NCBI GenBank assembly: GCA_964016885.1
Contig: OZ024758.1
Span: forward strand, 18,972,001-19,036,000
Direction of reading: 5' to 3'
DNA from: Eledone cirrhosa
Lineage: Eukaryota
Length of the DNA stretch: 64,000 nt
Under the pieces are notes generated by a model. That model made no database searches and was not told where the DNA came from. It saw nothing but the letters and a program-made list of their open reading frames with translations. Shown piece by piece: positions 47,324-63,015 of the stretch. The translations under genes and the position numbers were made by a program. Positions within the stretch are counted from its first letter, which is position 1; each line of letters opens with the position of its first letter.

Positions 47324-47709
47324 GATCAAAGTGATGATAATAATGATGATTATGGTTATGATATTGATTGATTTTGTTAATTAAGGTAAGAAGCGTAGTG
47401 GGGAAGCAAGGCGAGAAGAAAGGGAAAAGTGGTGTTTTGAACAAAGTGAAGTTGATAACGAGGATGATGATGATAAGGTGATGATATTTATGTTGTTGAT
47501 GATGATAATAATGATATAATAAGTAAGACGTTATAAAAAAATGGCTAGGAGATATACAAATATTCTTCCATTCATCAATGTAGCTGACGAAAGAGAGAAA
47601 TAATGTATATATATTCGTATATATATGATATATGTATATATATATATATATATATATGTATACACATGTGTGCGTATATATATACATATATGTATATACA
47701 ATTGTGCTG

Positions 47710-47776
<67 letters not shown>

Positions 47777-47876
47777 CACACATGTAGATAGATATCTGCA
47801 TATACAAACAGACGTTGAACAAGTGAGAAGTAAAATATAGATAAATTGACGAATTTGAAGATAAAGGTTAAGAATG

Positions 47877-47918
<42 letters not shown>

Positions 47919-48302
47919 TTTACATATACATAGGTGTGCGTTTGTGTATGTGTGTGCGGATGTATGTGTATGATAATAAATAATAAAGAAATAAGACACA
48001 CACTGGCAATATAATTGTATTTCTTTTATTGTTGTTTGCATATTAGTCTTTCTTGGATGTGATAACTGAAATGTGTTCAAAAACTGTACAAATTGCTAAA
48101 CAAGATAACCGCTTATCTTAATAATAAAGGTCTTTCAAAATCTATTTTTTTATTATATAAAACACTCACATTAGCCAAACATCCACCCATATATACACAC
48201 GAACATATACGACTATTTGAATAGATATAAGTTGTAGGTATACCAATCTTGAAATACATTATATTCAGTTTATAAATTATATAAGTTCTCTCTCACTTTC
48301 TC

Positions 48303-48345
<43 letters not shown>

Positions 48346-48357
48346 CGCACAGTGATA

Positions 48358-48530
48358 GTGTAAAATGCCGTTATAACGAAATTCACGGGGTATAAAAAAT
48401 GCGTCGTAATGAACATTTTCTTTATAATGGAATCCACCTAACATATCAAGTATTTGACCCGGGATTGAAAAAAAATTCTTTATACTAAAAATTTGTTATA
48501 ATGGTATTCTTTATAACGGAATTTTACTTG
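48358..48530. mobile_element. pogo/Tigger-like MITE
   Basis: TIRs GTAAAATGCCGTTATAACGAA / reverse-complement GTAAAATTCCGTTATAAAGAA, with internal TTATAA subrepeats. Confidence 0.6.
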
Positions 48531-48547
48531 CATATGTCGATCTATAT

Positions 48548-48602
<55 letters not shown>

Positions 48603-48610
<8 letters not shown>

Positions 48611-48904
48611 TAAAATAACAGATTAAAGTTTAAGCAACGAATCGCTGCTTTCCCCGTTTCCACGAACCAAAGTATCGTCTACCTGTCTTCCTCCGGTTGC
48701 AACGTTTTTTGAAATATCCACTTCTGCGTTTACAGATTGACTTTGTTAGTTTCAGAAGATCCCGTTAACGGTGAAACCAGCGATTCTTTGCTTAAACTTT
48801 AATCTGTTATTTTAATAAATATTTGCTCTACGGTTCATATATATTTGATATATATTTATCCTTATCGAGCCCTCTTTGGATTTTAGTCTTGAAATTTATT
48901 ATTA

Positions 48905-48908
<4 letters not shown>
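48603..48908 (+). mobile_element. Family B element: inverted arm + hammerhead variant (48733-48806) + tail
   Basis: Homologous to 55880-55935, 61287-61510 and 63725-64000. Flanked by TA tracts. Confidence 0.8.
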
Positions 48909-48963
<55 letters not shown>

Positions 48964-48968
<5 letters not shown>

Positions 48969-49156
48969 AACCAGTAAGACCCCGACAGCTGAGCTCAAGC
49001 CGTTTCGACGGCTAATTCTGGACTGAATTAGCCGTCGAAACGGCTTGAGCTCAGCTGTCGGGGTCTTACTGGTTCCTATTACCTACTCTACTACCTCAAG
49101 TATTGAGTACTTTGGTGCGTTATGGTCCACCTGGTTCCTTACCACATTTCCTTCGT

Positions 49157-49157
<1 letters not shown>
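48964..49157 (+). mobile_element. Family A element with a perfect 55-bp inverted arm
   Basis: 48964-49018 / 49025-49079, then tail, between TA tracts. Confidence 0.85.
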
Positions 49158-49188
<31 letters not shown>

Positions 49189-49551
49189 ACATATATATTT
49201 ATGTGGCCTCGCTGAGCCCCTGCCCTTATTTCTTCGTCTCGTGCTGAGAGTTCTACAGGTACCTTCATTATCAGAATGTCCAGATGTAAATTCAAAACAT
49301 CTAAATCGACACCATGTATGACTCCCGAGAATGTTGGTAGATTATTGGAGAGAAGGGAAGTGCATTATAACCCTTGCTATTGTATTAGCTGCTCTTTACA
49401 CCCTGTATAAATACGATATAATTTATTCATATATATATATATATATACACACACACAGTTGTTTTTTCCTTTTCCGTACAACTTCATTTATTCGTAGCTG
49501 ATCACCCGAATAACCGATCTCGACGATTGGGGACCAACTCTTGTGGAACTA

Positions 49552-49586
<35 letters not shown>

Positions 49587-49588
49587 TC

Positions 49589-49623
<35 letters not shown>

Positions 49624-49654
49624 TACATATATATATATATATATATATATACAT

Positions 49655-49705
<51 letters not shown>

Positions 49706-49762
49706 TATATATATTACATATATATACATATATTACATATATATATATATATATATATACAT

Positions 49763-49856
<94 letters not shown>

Positions 49857-50060
49857 TATATATATATATATATATATATATCATATATATATATATATAT
49901 ATTTATATATCATGTATACATATATGTATATATATATATATATATATCATATATATATATATATATATTTATATATCATGTATACATATATGTATATATA
50001 TATATATATATATCATATATATATATATATATATTTATATATCATATATACATATATGTA

Positions 50061-50116
<56 letters not shown>

Positions 50117-50119
50117 CAC

Positions 50120-50256
50120 ATGTTTGACACCTGAGTGGACTGGAGCAACGTGATATAAAGTTTATTGCTCAAGTATACAACGCGACGATGGGGAATCGAA
50201 CTAACACCTTACCATCTTATCCCGAATGCCCTAACGACAAAATCACGTGACTTCAC
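50120..50256 (-). mobile_element. MetaSINE-like fragment
   Basis: Reverse complement reads GTTCGATTCCCC..TTGAGCAAT..CACGTTGCTCCAGTCCACTCAGGTG. Confidence 0.65.
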
Positions 50257-50884
50257 ACAACCACATCTACACACAGAAACTCACATGCACACACATACAC
50301 ACACACACATACACGCAGGCAAACATGTCGTACACACGTGATGATAATATTGCAAGCAAGTGAAAGATGTATGTTAATTTAGTTATATACTTCTATCCAT
50401 CAGTCCGTTGCTTCCGACTTCTATATATTTATCAATCACAGATAATTTCACACTGCGACTGACCTCCGTTCTCGTAAATGTTCGTTCCTTTATGTTCACG
50501 AACACCGTGTAAAAATCACTACAAATGTTCTCAGCCATTTTTATTTTTTTTATTTTTATTTTTTTAATTCTTCACCAATTCGAAGACTGTGTTTCTGATT
50601 ATATCTAATCCCGAAATCTTTCGGTCAATAGTATTGTATCGATGTATGATAAAAAGTAAATGTAAATAGAAAAAATAGAAGAAAAAAAATGTAATAACAC
50701 AAACGACAATAACAAAAACAAATCAAGATATATGAACTTTAATCGCAAACATTTCATTTTATATATAGGTATGTGTGTTTGTATATATATATATATGATG
50801 TAGTTAGATATATATATATATACACACACACAGACACATAGGTAAATACATACATATACATTTATATATATTATGGATTATATG

Positions 50885-50923
<39 letters not shown>

Positions 50924-51059
50924 GTGGATGTATATAATATATATATATATCTAAATATATATTTATATATATATGTATATGTATGTATATATATATATAT
51001 ATATATGTATATGTATGTATATATGTATGTATATATATATGTATATATATATGTATATA

Positions 51060-51141
<82 letters not shown>

Positions 51142-51166
51142 CATATATATAACCTGTGTATATGTA

Positions 51167-51214
<48 letters not shown>

Positions 51215-52208
51215 ATTATATATATATATATATATATATATAATTATATGAAATCGAGCGATTCAATTTTCTCTTTCAGTATCAAATAGATTAGAAATAG
51301 GGGGAGATAAAATATACAATATATATGTATGCATTTCTTCATAAAAGTAGAGAAACTAAGATAGAAATGAACGAAGTAATTTAACGACTGTATGAAAGCT
51401 TGAACAAAACCATGGCCTGGTTATGTTATATTGAGCCAAAGATACAAAGTAGTCTATATAAATTTATTAGGTGACCTTCGTATTAATGTAAGTGAGAGAG
51501 GAGAGGTCTCGATCTGATTTGTTATGTGTAAAATCGATGATGAAAAAGAATGTTCAACTGCACACAAAAAAATAAAATGTTTCCTTTAGTTCTTTTAGTC
51601 AATAATACCTATTCTAAGTCAAAAACCGTATCATTGGAAATCTTATATAAAATTTTCAGGGATAATACATAAATAGTGATTTTTTTTTTTTGTTTCTATT
51701 CTTTGAAGGAATGCCAGAAGGGTTGGGAAAATGGATGTTTCATTCATTAAAAGATACTGCACATCGATCAATATTCTATAGAGCCTTTTCGTTACACTTT
51801 GTAAACAGCTTTCAATATCAAAACCAGGGATATATCTTCAGAAATGTTTTAAGATCCTCATGTGAAAAGACGCAGTAGATTGAATTCATTCTTGCTGATT
51901 AATATTACACATATACGTGTATATATGTGTATATATATGTATATATGTTTATATATGTGTATGTATATAGTGTTCATGTTGTAGTCAAAGTAACGTGAGA
52001 TGTATGTGAAGTTATAATCCTAATCAGACTTATCACAATTTCTTCCCTTTACTAGTGGCAATATCCGCGCACGCGCTCGCGCACACACACACACACACAT
52101 ATATGTCTGTGTTTATATATATATATATACACATATATATATATGTGTATGTCTGTGTGTATATATATAGCCATATATATATATATATATATATGTATAT
52201 ATGTGTGC

Positions 52209-52300
<92 letters not shown>

Positions 52301-52337
52301 ACACACACACACAGATACACACATACACACACACACA

Positions 52338-52374
<37 letters not shown>

Positions 52375-52599
52375 CTGTGCGTATGTGTGTATGCAAGTGT
52401 ATAATGTTCGTTTTAAATCTCTACAATGTTCTACAGACAATTTGCCGAGTGATTCCAGTTTTTGCCTTGGGACCTTGATTTTCTGCCGTAGTAAATTGAG
52501 GAACAGAATTATTTTTCATTGACTTTTTTAACGTAGCAAGCTAATAAAACCTAAACTTCAACCGATATATTTTATTGCTAAGAGGAAAGGGTTAAAGTA

Positions 52600-53273
<674 letters not shown>

Positions 53274-53331
53274 ATATATTTATACATATATATATATATT
53301 TATACATATATATATATACATATATATATAT

Positions 53332-53665
53332 ATAAAGAATTAAAAAGAACAGAAAGATGCAGTAAAAGATATTTATTCGGTTCTTACGTACGTTTCAATA
53401 GACCTCAATTTGCCTAGATCTCGCTACATCTATAATATTATATATTTAATAGAGCTTTCGATATCCAATGCACAATCGATCCCATATCATCAGAGATTAT
53501 GTTCTTTTTAATTCTTTATACATGCCCCGGAATATAGCTAAACTGGAATATACACCTTTTTTCTGCATTTCGTTGAGCACCACTCTGTTGTAAGCTAACA
53601 TTCCACTACACGGTACATAACACTGTGTCCTGGAAAACATTAAATGCACTCGTGCATAACCAATT
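53332..53665. mobile_element. Fold-back element with 20-bp inverted arms, hammerhead and tail
   Basis: ATAAAGAATTAAAAAGAACA (53332-53351) is inverted at 53500-53519. TA tracts on both sides. Confidence 0.7.
53382..53496 (-). ncRNA. Type I hammerhead, complete core, 90-nt stem II region
   Basis: TCT-CTGATGA-TATGG...CTATT-GAAA-CGTACG-TA-AGA. Palindromic ACGTACGT, but stem I is only 3 bp. Confidence 0.6.
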
Positions 53666-53887
53666 ATATATATATATATATATATATGTAGATAAATCTA
53701 CCAAGAGTTTACGGTAGTGTCCAATCCGTATGAAGAACTCAATGTAATCCGGATATCATGGAAAGAAGAGATGCAATGAAAAATCACTTTCGGTGAAAGA
53801 TAAACGGAATACAGAGTCAAGATAAAATATTAAAAAAATAATGAATAAAACAATGAAACAGTTCCTTATATTAAACAAAAAAAGTTC

Positions 53888-54070
53888 GCGGTGGATTGGC
53901 AGTATCGGTAGAGGGTCGGACGCCATGCTTTCCAGCATAGTTACGTCCCTTTACGATCTGAGTTCAAATCCCGCCGAGGTTGACTTTGCCTTTCATCCTT
54001 ACGGGGTCGATGAAATAAAGTACCAGTAACGCACTGGGTAATTGCTGGCCTTGTGCCTAAAGTAGAAACA
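53888..54070 (+). mobile_element. Main SINE, young-looking copy
   Basis: Clean A/B boxes and body. Absent from the mirror arm. Confidence 0.9.
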
Positions 54071-54218
54071 ATTATTTAACGATCGTTTCTAGGATATATA
54101 TGTGTTAGAATTGGCATGCATATTCAACAGATCTATGTACAAAATTATACAAAATTATACAAACTATCAAAATTAAATATACATACCAACACATATATAT
54201 GCCGTCTTCAGAAATAAT
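54071..54218 (-). ncRNA. Type I hammerhead with 115-nt stem II
   Basis: ATTATTT-CTGAAGA-CGGCATATATATGTGTTGG...CTAACACATATATATCCTA-GAAA-CGATCG-TT-AAATAAT. 7-bp stem I. Confidence 0.75.
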
Positions 54219-54364
54219 TATTACTGAAGACGGCATATATATGTGTTGGTATGTATATTTAATTTTGATAGTTTGTATAATTTTGTATAATTTTGTACAT
54301 AGATCTGTTGAATATGCATGCCAATTCTAACACATATATATCCTAGAAACGATCGTTAAATAAT
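54217..54364 (+). ncRNA. Mirror copy of the same hammerhead
   Basis: Same core and stems, with one stem I mismatch next to the core (ATTATTA). Confidence 0.7.
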
Positions 54365-54421
54365 GAACTTTTTTTGTTTAATATAAGGAACTGTTTCATT
54401 GTTTTATTCATTATTTTTTTA

Positions 54422-54482
<61 letters not shown>

Positions 54483-54734
54483 GGAAGATAATCACTGCAC
54501 TTGTAGTTCTAAACATTTTAATTTAATTTTATAACATAATTTTACAATTCGATTTCGTAGATCTATCTATCTACCTATCTATCTATCAGTATATAGTTGG
54601 TTTGGAGTACTGAATAAATGTGGCCTATTTAACAGTTATTACCAAGTATCGGAGGATATTCATTATTTGAATAATAGATACTAGATTAGAAGATATGTAC
54701 CATTGCAGTGTCCCAGCCTAAGCACTGTACGATA

Positions 54735-54933
54735 GGAGAAACATTTGTGGTAAGGAACCAGATGGACCATAACGCACCAGAATACTCAATACTTAGGGTA
54801 GTAGAGTGGAGTAATAGGAACCAGTAAGACCCCGACGGCTGAGCTCAAGCCGTTTCGACGGCTAATTCTCGTCCAGCCAGAATTAGCCGTCGAAACGGCT
54901 TCAGATCAGCCGACGGGGGTCTTACTGGTTCCT

Positions 54934-54934
<1 letters not shown>
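54735..54934 (-). mobile_element. Family A element with inverted arm
   Basis: Arms 54815-54869 / 54879-54934, with the tail to the left. Confidence 0.85.
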
Positions 54935-54985
<51 letters not shown>

Positions 54986-55543
54986 AGTGTGTGTATACAT
55001 ATGTATCTATCTATATATATGTATGTATGTATGGTGGAAGATTGTTTGTGTGTGTGTAGCATACACGATTATATATTATATCTGAGGTAACATATTTGAG
55101 TTCAGAAAGAAAATGAGTGAACGATATGATAAATATACTTGAACAATTTATGTCAATTTGAAATTATAATCAAATTTACTTGGACGTACCTGATTTCATA
55201 AACTTCAGGTTCTGAAACTGTTGCCACCTTTGCACCGTGAATATGAACTGAATCAATATCATCCATTGCTGTTATAATCTGTATTTAAATGGCCTACTAT
55301 ATATTCACTAATTTGAGTATCGGTTTCGAAACAAATTTCGTTTTGCATATTGGCGATTCAAGCTACAGTTATTCATATTGTATATGTCTATTTGACGTTT
55401 GTCTGCATGTATGTATGTGTATATGACTGCGTGTATGTATCTATGTATGTATGTACGTATGTATATGTGTGTTCATATGTTTTTATAGATGTACGCTCAT
55501 GAAGCTCTCTCACTCTCTCTCTCTTTCTTTCTCTCGATCTGTA

Positions 55544-55585
<42 letters not shown>

Positions 55586-55599
55586 TATATATATATATT

Positions 55600-55865
55600 C
55601 TAGGGCGGGTAACATTCCAGAGATCCATGGACGAATTCTATCCAGCGGTCTCTGCGCCTCATTATCGCTGCCATGTCCTGCGTCTCCAACAAACGAGTGT
55701 CTGTCCTTAGGGAATCAACATACGTTAACCTTGGTCTTCCTCTTCCAGCGTGTCCATGTAGGGGCTCCCAAAGGAGCACTAAGAGCAATGTCAACTCTGG
55801 ATGACGGTGAGCATGTCCAGCTATCCTCAGTCTCTTCTGTGGCACTTTTGAGCTGACTTTTCGAA
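55600..55865 (-). pseudogene. RTE-X/RTE LINE ORF C-terminus (5'-truncated copy)
   Basis: RLRIAGHAHRHPE..LLWEPLHGHAGRGRPRLTYVDSLRTDT..MRRRDRW. TA tracts on both sides. Confidence 0.8.
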
Positions 55866-55967
55866 ATATATATATATATAGTAATAATAATACATTTGAA
55901 GACTAAAATACAAAGTGGGCTCGATAAGAATAAATGTGTATATGTATGTGTGTATGTATATATATTA

Positions 55968-56578
55968 TGTCAGGTCACCAGTTGGTGCTACTGGTAACAT
56001 GTATTCCAGTACAACCTGTCCCATGGTCGGGTCGTTGGCGACTAAACTGGCAACCCCACCAAGGTTTCTTGGTGAGGAGGGTGACTTTGGACATCCTGCA
56101 GGACTAAAAACAAAACCTGTCAAAAGGCAAAGGAGCTCTTAAGAGTCAATGGCCATCCAAAATCACCGGGAGAGATGACCCCTTAGCCTTTGTCAAGGCA
56201 GAATTCTAGGAGAAGGAAAACTCTGATATAACACCTGCAACCCTGATGGTATCCAATGATGTTGACTTGTTCTTCTTTTTGGTAAATATCATCTTGGTTA
56301 AGAGAGTGGGACTGGCTTTGTGCAGTGCCTTTGCTCACTATAAAAGCTTCACGGCACAGGCATTGCTTTATATCTGGAGATCTCTCTGCATTTGTCGTCA
56401 CATGGTACCATGGGCCCAGCACTATGTGTCAATAATTGTCACAAGTGTAGTGTTTGTACCAGAGCTTTCAAGTCGCTGGCTGGACTAAAAAGTCACACTC
56501 GTTCAGCGCATCAGTAGGGGTTCTCCTACATGGATATAAAGTAGTGGCCGTACTCGAAAACGAGTTGGCAGCCACCAT
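55968..56578 (+). mobile_element. Family D full-length bipartite non-autonomous RTE
   Basis: 5' part has CTAGGAGAAGGAAAACTCTGA (RTE 5' UTR-like motif). 56446-56517 encodes [23 protein letters not shown] (C2H2). No EN or RT in between. Confidence 0.8.
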
Positions 56579-56677
56579 GTATATATATATGGGTATATGT
56601 ATGTATATGTATATGTATATGTGTATATGCATATATGTATGTGTATATATATATATATGTGTATATGTATATATATA

Positions 56678-56711
<34 letters not shown>

Positions 56712-56806
56712 ATGTTTATATATATATATATATGCATGTATATATATATATATATGCATGTATATATATATATATATGCATGTATATATATATATATACA
56801 TATATG

Positions 56807-56837
<31 letters not shown>

Positions 56838-57212
56838 AGGCATATATATGTATGTATATATATATATATATATGTACATATATATGTATATATGTTGGAA
56901 TATATATATGTATATATGTGTGTTTATATATATATATATATATATATGTATATGTATATATATATGTATATGTGTATGTGTATACATGTATGTGTATACA
57001 TGTATGTATATATATATATGTGTGTATATGTATATATGTGTATATATGTATGTATACGTATATATATATGTATATATATATATGTATATATGAATGTATA
57101 TATCTATATATGTATGTATGGATATAAATGTATGTATGTATATATATATATGTATGTATGTATGTATATATATATATGTATATATGTATGTATATATATA
57201 TATGTATGTATG

Positions 57213-57243
<31 letters not shown>

Positions 57244-57377
57244 GTATGTATGTATATATATATGTATGTATGTATATATATATATGTATATATATATGTA
57301 TATATGTATGTATATATGTATGTATATATATGTATATATGTATGTATATATGTATGTATATATATGTATATATGTAA

Positions 57378-57424
<47 letters not shown>

Positions 57425-57439
57425 AAATCACACATCAAT

Positions 57440-57708
<269 letters not shown>

Positions 57709-57713
57709 TACAC

Positions 57714-57756
<43 letters not shown>

Positions 57757-57763
57757 TAGATAG

Positions 57764-57798
<35 letters not shown>

Positions 57799-57895
57799 GA
57801 TACATATATACATACATATATACATATATAAATAGAGAGAGATAAATATATACATATATATATATATATATATACATATATATATACATATATAC

Positions 57896-57942
<47 letters not shown>

Positions 57943-58017
57943 CATATATATATATATAGATATACATATATATATATACATATATACATATATACATATA
58001 TACATATATATATATAT

Positions 58018-58088
<71 letters not shown>

Positions 58089-58535
58089 AATATATATATA
58101 TATACATATATATATAAATATATATATATATATATTATAGAGAGAGAAAGAGAGTGATATATATTGATTAAATGGCCAACTATAAACACATACACAAACA
58201 TACATAATCACACCTGTGCAGAAATGTATAAGCGCATGCGTTTATGTGTGTGTTTTGCCTATACGTATGGATATAGATATGTATCGCAGTAGGTGGAACC
58301 AGAGGGATCGAATACGCCCATGACAGGCTAAGTATTATCAATTCTAATATATAAAGACATGGTGGAATTTAGTCTTGCGCGGCATTACTCAATTGAATAT
58401 AATTGGTATTTGGCAGAAGTTGATAAAATGCAGTTATCACGGGGCAAGGTATTCTAATGAATATAATTGTTAGCTAACTCTCTACTTGTAAATTTCACCC
58501 GTATATATGAATGGTATATATGTGTATATGTATGG

Positions 58536-58539
<4 letters not shown>

Positions 58540-58597
<58 letters not shown>

Positions 58598-58753
58598 TAT
58601 ATATATATATAAAATATATATATATATATATATAAAATATATATATATATATATATAAAATATATATATATATATATATAAAATATATATATATATATAT
58701 ATAAAATATATATATATATATATATATAAAATATATATATATATATATATAAA

Positions 58754-58817
<64 letters not shown>

Positions 58818-58831
58818 ATATATATATATAT

Positions 58832-58885
<54 letters not shown>

Positions 58886-58993
58886 ATATATATATATATA
58901 CAATATATATATATATATATATACAATATATATATATATATATATATACAATATATATATATATATATACAATATATATATATATATATATAT

Positions 58994-59066
<73 letters not shown>

Positions 59067-59420
59067 ATATATATATATATACAATATATATATATATATA
59101 TATATATACAATATATATATATATATACAATATATATATATATATACAATATATATATATATATACAATATATATATATATATATATACACAATATATAC
59201 AATATATATATATATATACAATATATATATATATATATACACAATATATATATACAATATATATATATATACAATATATATATATATATACAATATATAT
59301 ATATATATACAGTATATATATATATATACAATATATATATATATACAATATATATATATATATACAATATATATATATATATTCAATATATATATATATA
59401 TTCAATATATACATATATAT

Positions 59421-59458
<38 letters not shown>

Positions 59459-59475
59459 ATATATATATATATACA

Positions 59476-59506
<31 letters not shown>

Positions 59507-59622
59507 ATATATATATATATACAATACATATATATATATATACAATATATACATATATATATATATACAATATATACATATATATATATATATACAATAT
59601 ATATATATATATATGTATACAA

Positions 59623-59721
<99 letters not shown>

Positions 59722-60068
59722 ATATGTATATATATATATACACAATATATATATATATATATATACAATATATATATATATATATATACACAATATATAT
59801 ATATATATATATATACAATATATATATATATATATACATTATATATATATACAATATATATATATATACAGTATATATATATATATACAATATATATATA
59901 TACAGTATATATATATATATACAATATATATATATACAATATATATATATATATACAATATATATATATATATACAATATATATATATATATACAATATA
60001 TATATATATATACAATATATATATATATATTCAATATATATATATATATTCAATATATACATATATAT

Positions 60069-60106
<38 letters not shown>

Positions 60107-60120
60107 ATATATATATATAT

Positions 60121-60156
<36 letters not shown>

Positions 60157-60366
60157 ATATATATATATACAATACATATATATATATATACAATATATAC
60201 ATATATATATATATACAATATATACATATATATATATATACAATATATACATATATATATATATATATACAATATATATATATATATATGTATACAATAT
60301 ATATATATATATATACAATATATATATATATATATACAATATATATATATATATATATATATACAA

Positions 60367-60404
<38 letters not shown>

Positions 60405-60569
60405 ATATGTATATATATATATATACAATATATGTATATATATATATACACAATATATATATATATATATATACAATATATATATATATATATACACAAT
60501 ATATATATATATATATATACAATATATATATATATATATACATTATATATATATACAATATATATATAT

Positions 60570-60627
<58 letters not shown>

Positions 60628-60647
60628 ATATATATATATATATATAT

Positions 60648-60699
<52 letters not shown>

Positions 60700-60736
60700 A
60701 TATATATATATATATGTATACAATATATATATATAT

Positions 60737-60776
<40 letters not shown>

Positions 60777-60809
60777 ATATATATATATATGTATACAATA
60801 TATATATAT

Positions 60810-60851
<42 letters not shown>

Positions 60852-60884
60852 ATATATATATATATGTATACAATATATATATAT

Positions 60885-60920
<36 letters not shown>

Positions 60921-61275
60921 ATATATATATATATATACAATATATATATATACAATATATATATATATATATATATATACAATATATATATATATATATA
61001 TATACAATATATATATATATACAATATATATATATATATATATACAATATATATATATATATATACAATATATATATATATATATATACAATATATATCT
61101 ATATATACAATATATATCTATATATACAATATATATCTATATATACAATATATATATATACAATATATATCTATATATACAATATATATATATACAATAT
61201 ATATATATATATATACAATATATATATATATATATATACAATATATATATATATATATATATATACAATATATAC
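58540..61275. repeat. (TA)n satellite punctuated by AAAA then CAA
   Basis: About 2.7 kb, with an internal higher-order duplication. Confidence 0.95.
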
Positions 61276-61286
61276 ATATCTATTTA

Positions 61287-61510
61287 TAGTAATAATAATA
61301 TAATTGAAGACTAAAATCCGAAGAGGGCTCCATAAGGTAAATATATATCAAATATATAAGAACCGTAGAGCAAATATTTATTAAAATAACAGATTAAAGT
61401 TTAAGCAAAGAATCGCTGCTTTCACCCTTAATGGGATCTTCTAAGATCCCGTTAAGGGTGAAAGCAGCGATTCTTTGCTTAAACTTTAATCTGTTATTTT
61501 AATAAATATA
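61287..61510 (-). mobile_element. Family B element with ~68-bp inverted arms
   Basis: Centre GGGATCTT-CT-AAGATCCC at about 61441. Confidence 0.85.
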
Positions 61511-61547
61511 TATATATATATTGTGTATATATATGTATATTGTATAA

Positions 61548-61986
61548 CTTTGAATAACTTTGAAATGTTTTGGCCAGTATTGGCCCAGGCCATGTCTAAC
61601 TTAATAGCACCACCTGGCGAAGTCTTTCAATTCAGGATTTGGGCACCATGGCCCATTCGAGAAGAGAATTACTGTTTTCGGAGACATATCCGGGTGTGGG
61701 TGGTTTTCCGGGATTACTTGGAGGAATTTGTCCAAAGACTTCTTGAATTTTGTGTGGTCAGTTTCTGTTTTGACGTGTCCTGGTGTGATGTTGAAGAGAG
61801 CAGGGCCAATTGAGGTGAAATAATTGTGCCGTATTGTTGTTATGAGTTGCGATTTAGATTTTTGTTTGGGACGGATAGCACGGGGCCCAAGCCTTGGGTG
61901 TATTTTGAAGGCGATGCCAACATCATTTGGGCAGTGATGATGGAACATTTTCCACATCATGCAGATAATATAACGCTCACGGCGAC
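61548..61986 (-). pseudogene. CR1/L2-group LINE ORF2 C-terminus
   Basis: RRERYIICMMWKM..HPRLG..IRHNYFTSIGPALFNI..FKKSLDKFLQVIP. Confidence 0.75.
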
Positions 61987-62085
61987 GTTTGTGTGTATGT
62001 GTGTATTTGAGAGAGACGGTTTGTATATGTCCGTGTGTATATACGTGAACTTATGCATGATATACACATTTACTTATATAGATAC

Positions 62086-62163
<78 letters not shown>

Positions 62164-62589
62164 GTGTTTGTATGTGTGTATTTTTCTCTGTCTGTGAGCT
62201 ATAGGTATGTAGATAGGAAAGCATATTTGCAAGTACGTATATACATGTCTCGGTGTGTGTGTATGTCTATGTGTGTGTGTGTGTGCGTGTCCAGTTGAAA
62301 GTATTTGACCAGTTTTAACCCAAACGTATAAAACTGCCAATTGTCGGTGTAGAATTGGAATACACTTTGTCAATTCCCAGCTAACTAAATATATTATGTC
62401 AGGGCAAAATTAGATTTCACCAACATATCCTTTGATTCTGGGTTTGCTAAGAATTCTATGTAATGCAGTTCAGATGAGGACTCCTAGAAAGTTATAAGTT
62501 TGTATTATATCTACATATGCGAAAATGGCAGCGTATATATTGCTGAATGTGTTTATATGTATGTAACCATGTATGAAAGTATGTATGTA

Positions 62590-62651
<62 letters not shown>

Positions 62652-62844
62652 TATACAGACACACACAAACATACGTGTGTGTTTGTATATAAGAAAGCAA
62701 GAAGAATAATTTAACGAGAAAGATTAATCTATACAACGGCTATGATAGTATCGTTTATCTAATTCGTGGTGTCTGCGCATTACTCGGAGTATTTTCCGAA
62801 TTATATATAGCTTCAGAACAAAGCGCCCTGCTTCCAACTCAAAA

Positions 62845-63015
62845 ATAATTGTTCTACTTTTGGCACAAGCCCAGCATTTATCCCATTGTATTACTTGTAC
62901 TTTATTTATCCACCTCGTAAGGATGAAAGGCAAAGTTAACCTCGGCGCGATTTGAACTCATCATGAAAAGGCCGTAACTCATTGCTGCAAAGCATGGAGT
63001 CCGACTTTCTACCGA
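62845..63015 (-). mobile_element. Main SINE
   Basis: Reverse-complement match. Confidence 0.8.

Larger units (their letters stand above)
53688..54430 (-). mobile_element. Family C element: tail + ~213-bp inverted arms, SINE inserted in the left arm
   Basis: 53822-53887 plus 54071-54217 is the reverse complement of 54218-54430. Confidence 0.85.

Noticed and set aside
47580-47612. CTGACGA-AAGAGA-GAAA
   Set aside because: Stem II is all purine and no stem I forms.
51709-51800. Possible plus-strand exon after a poly-T acceptor
   Set aside because: Weak donor, unrecognisable peptide and no partner exons.
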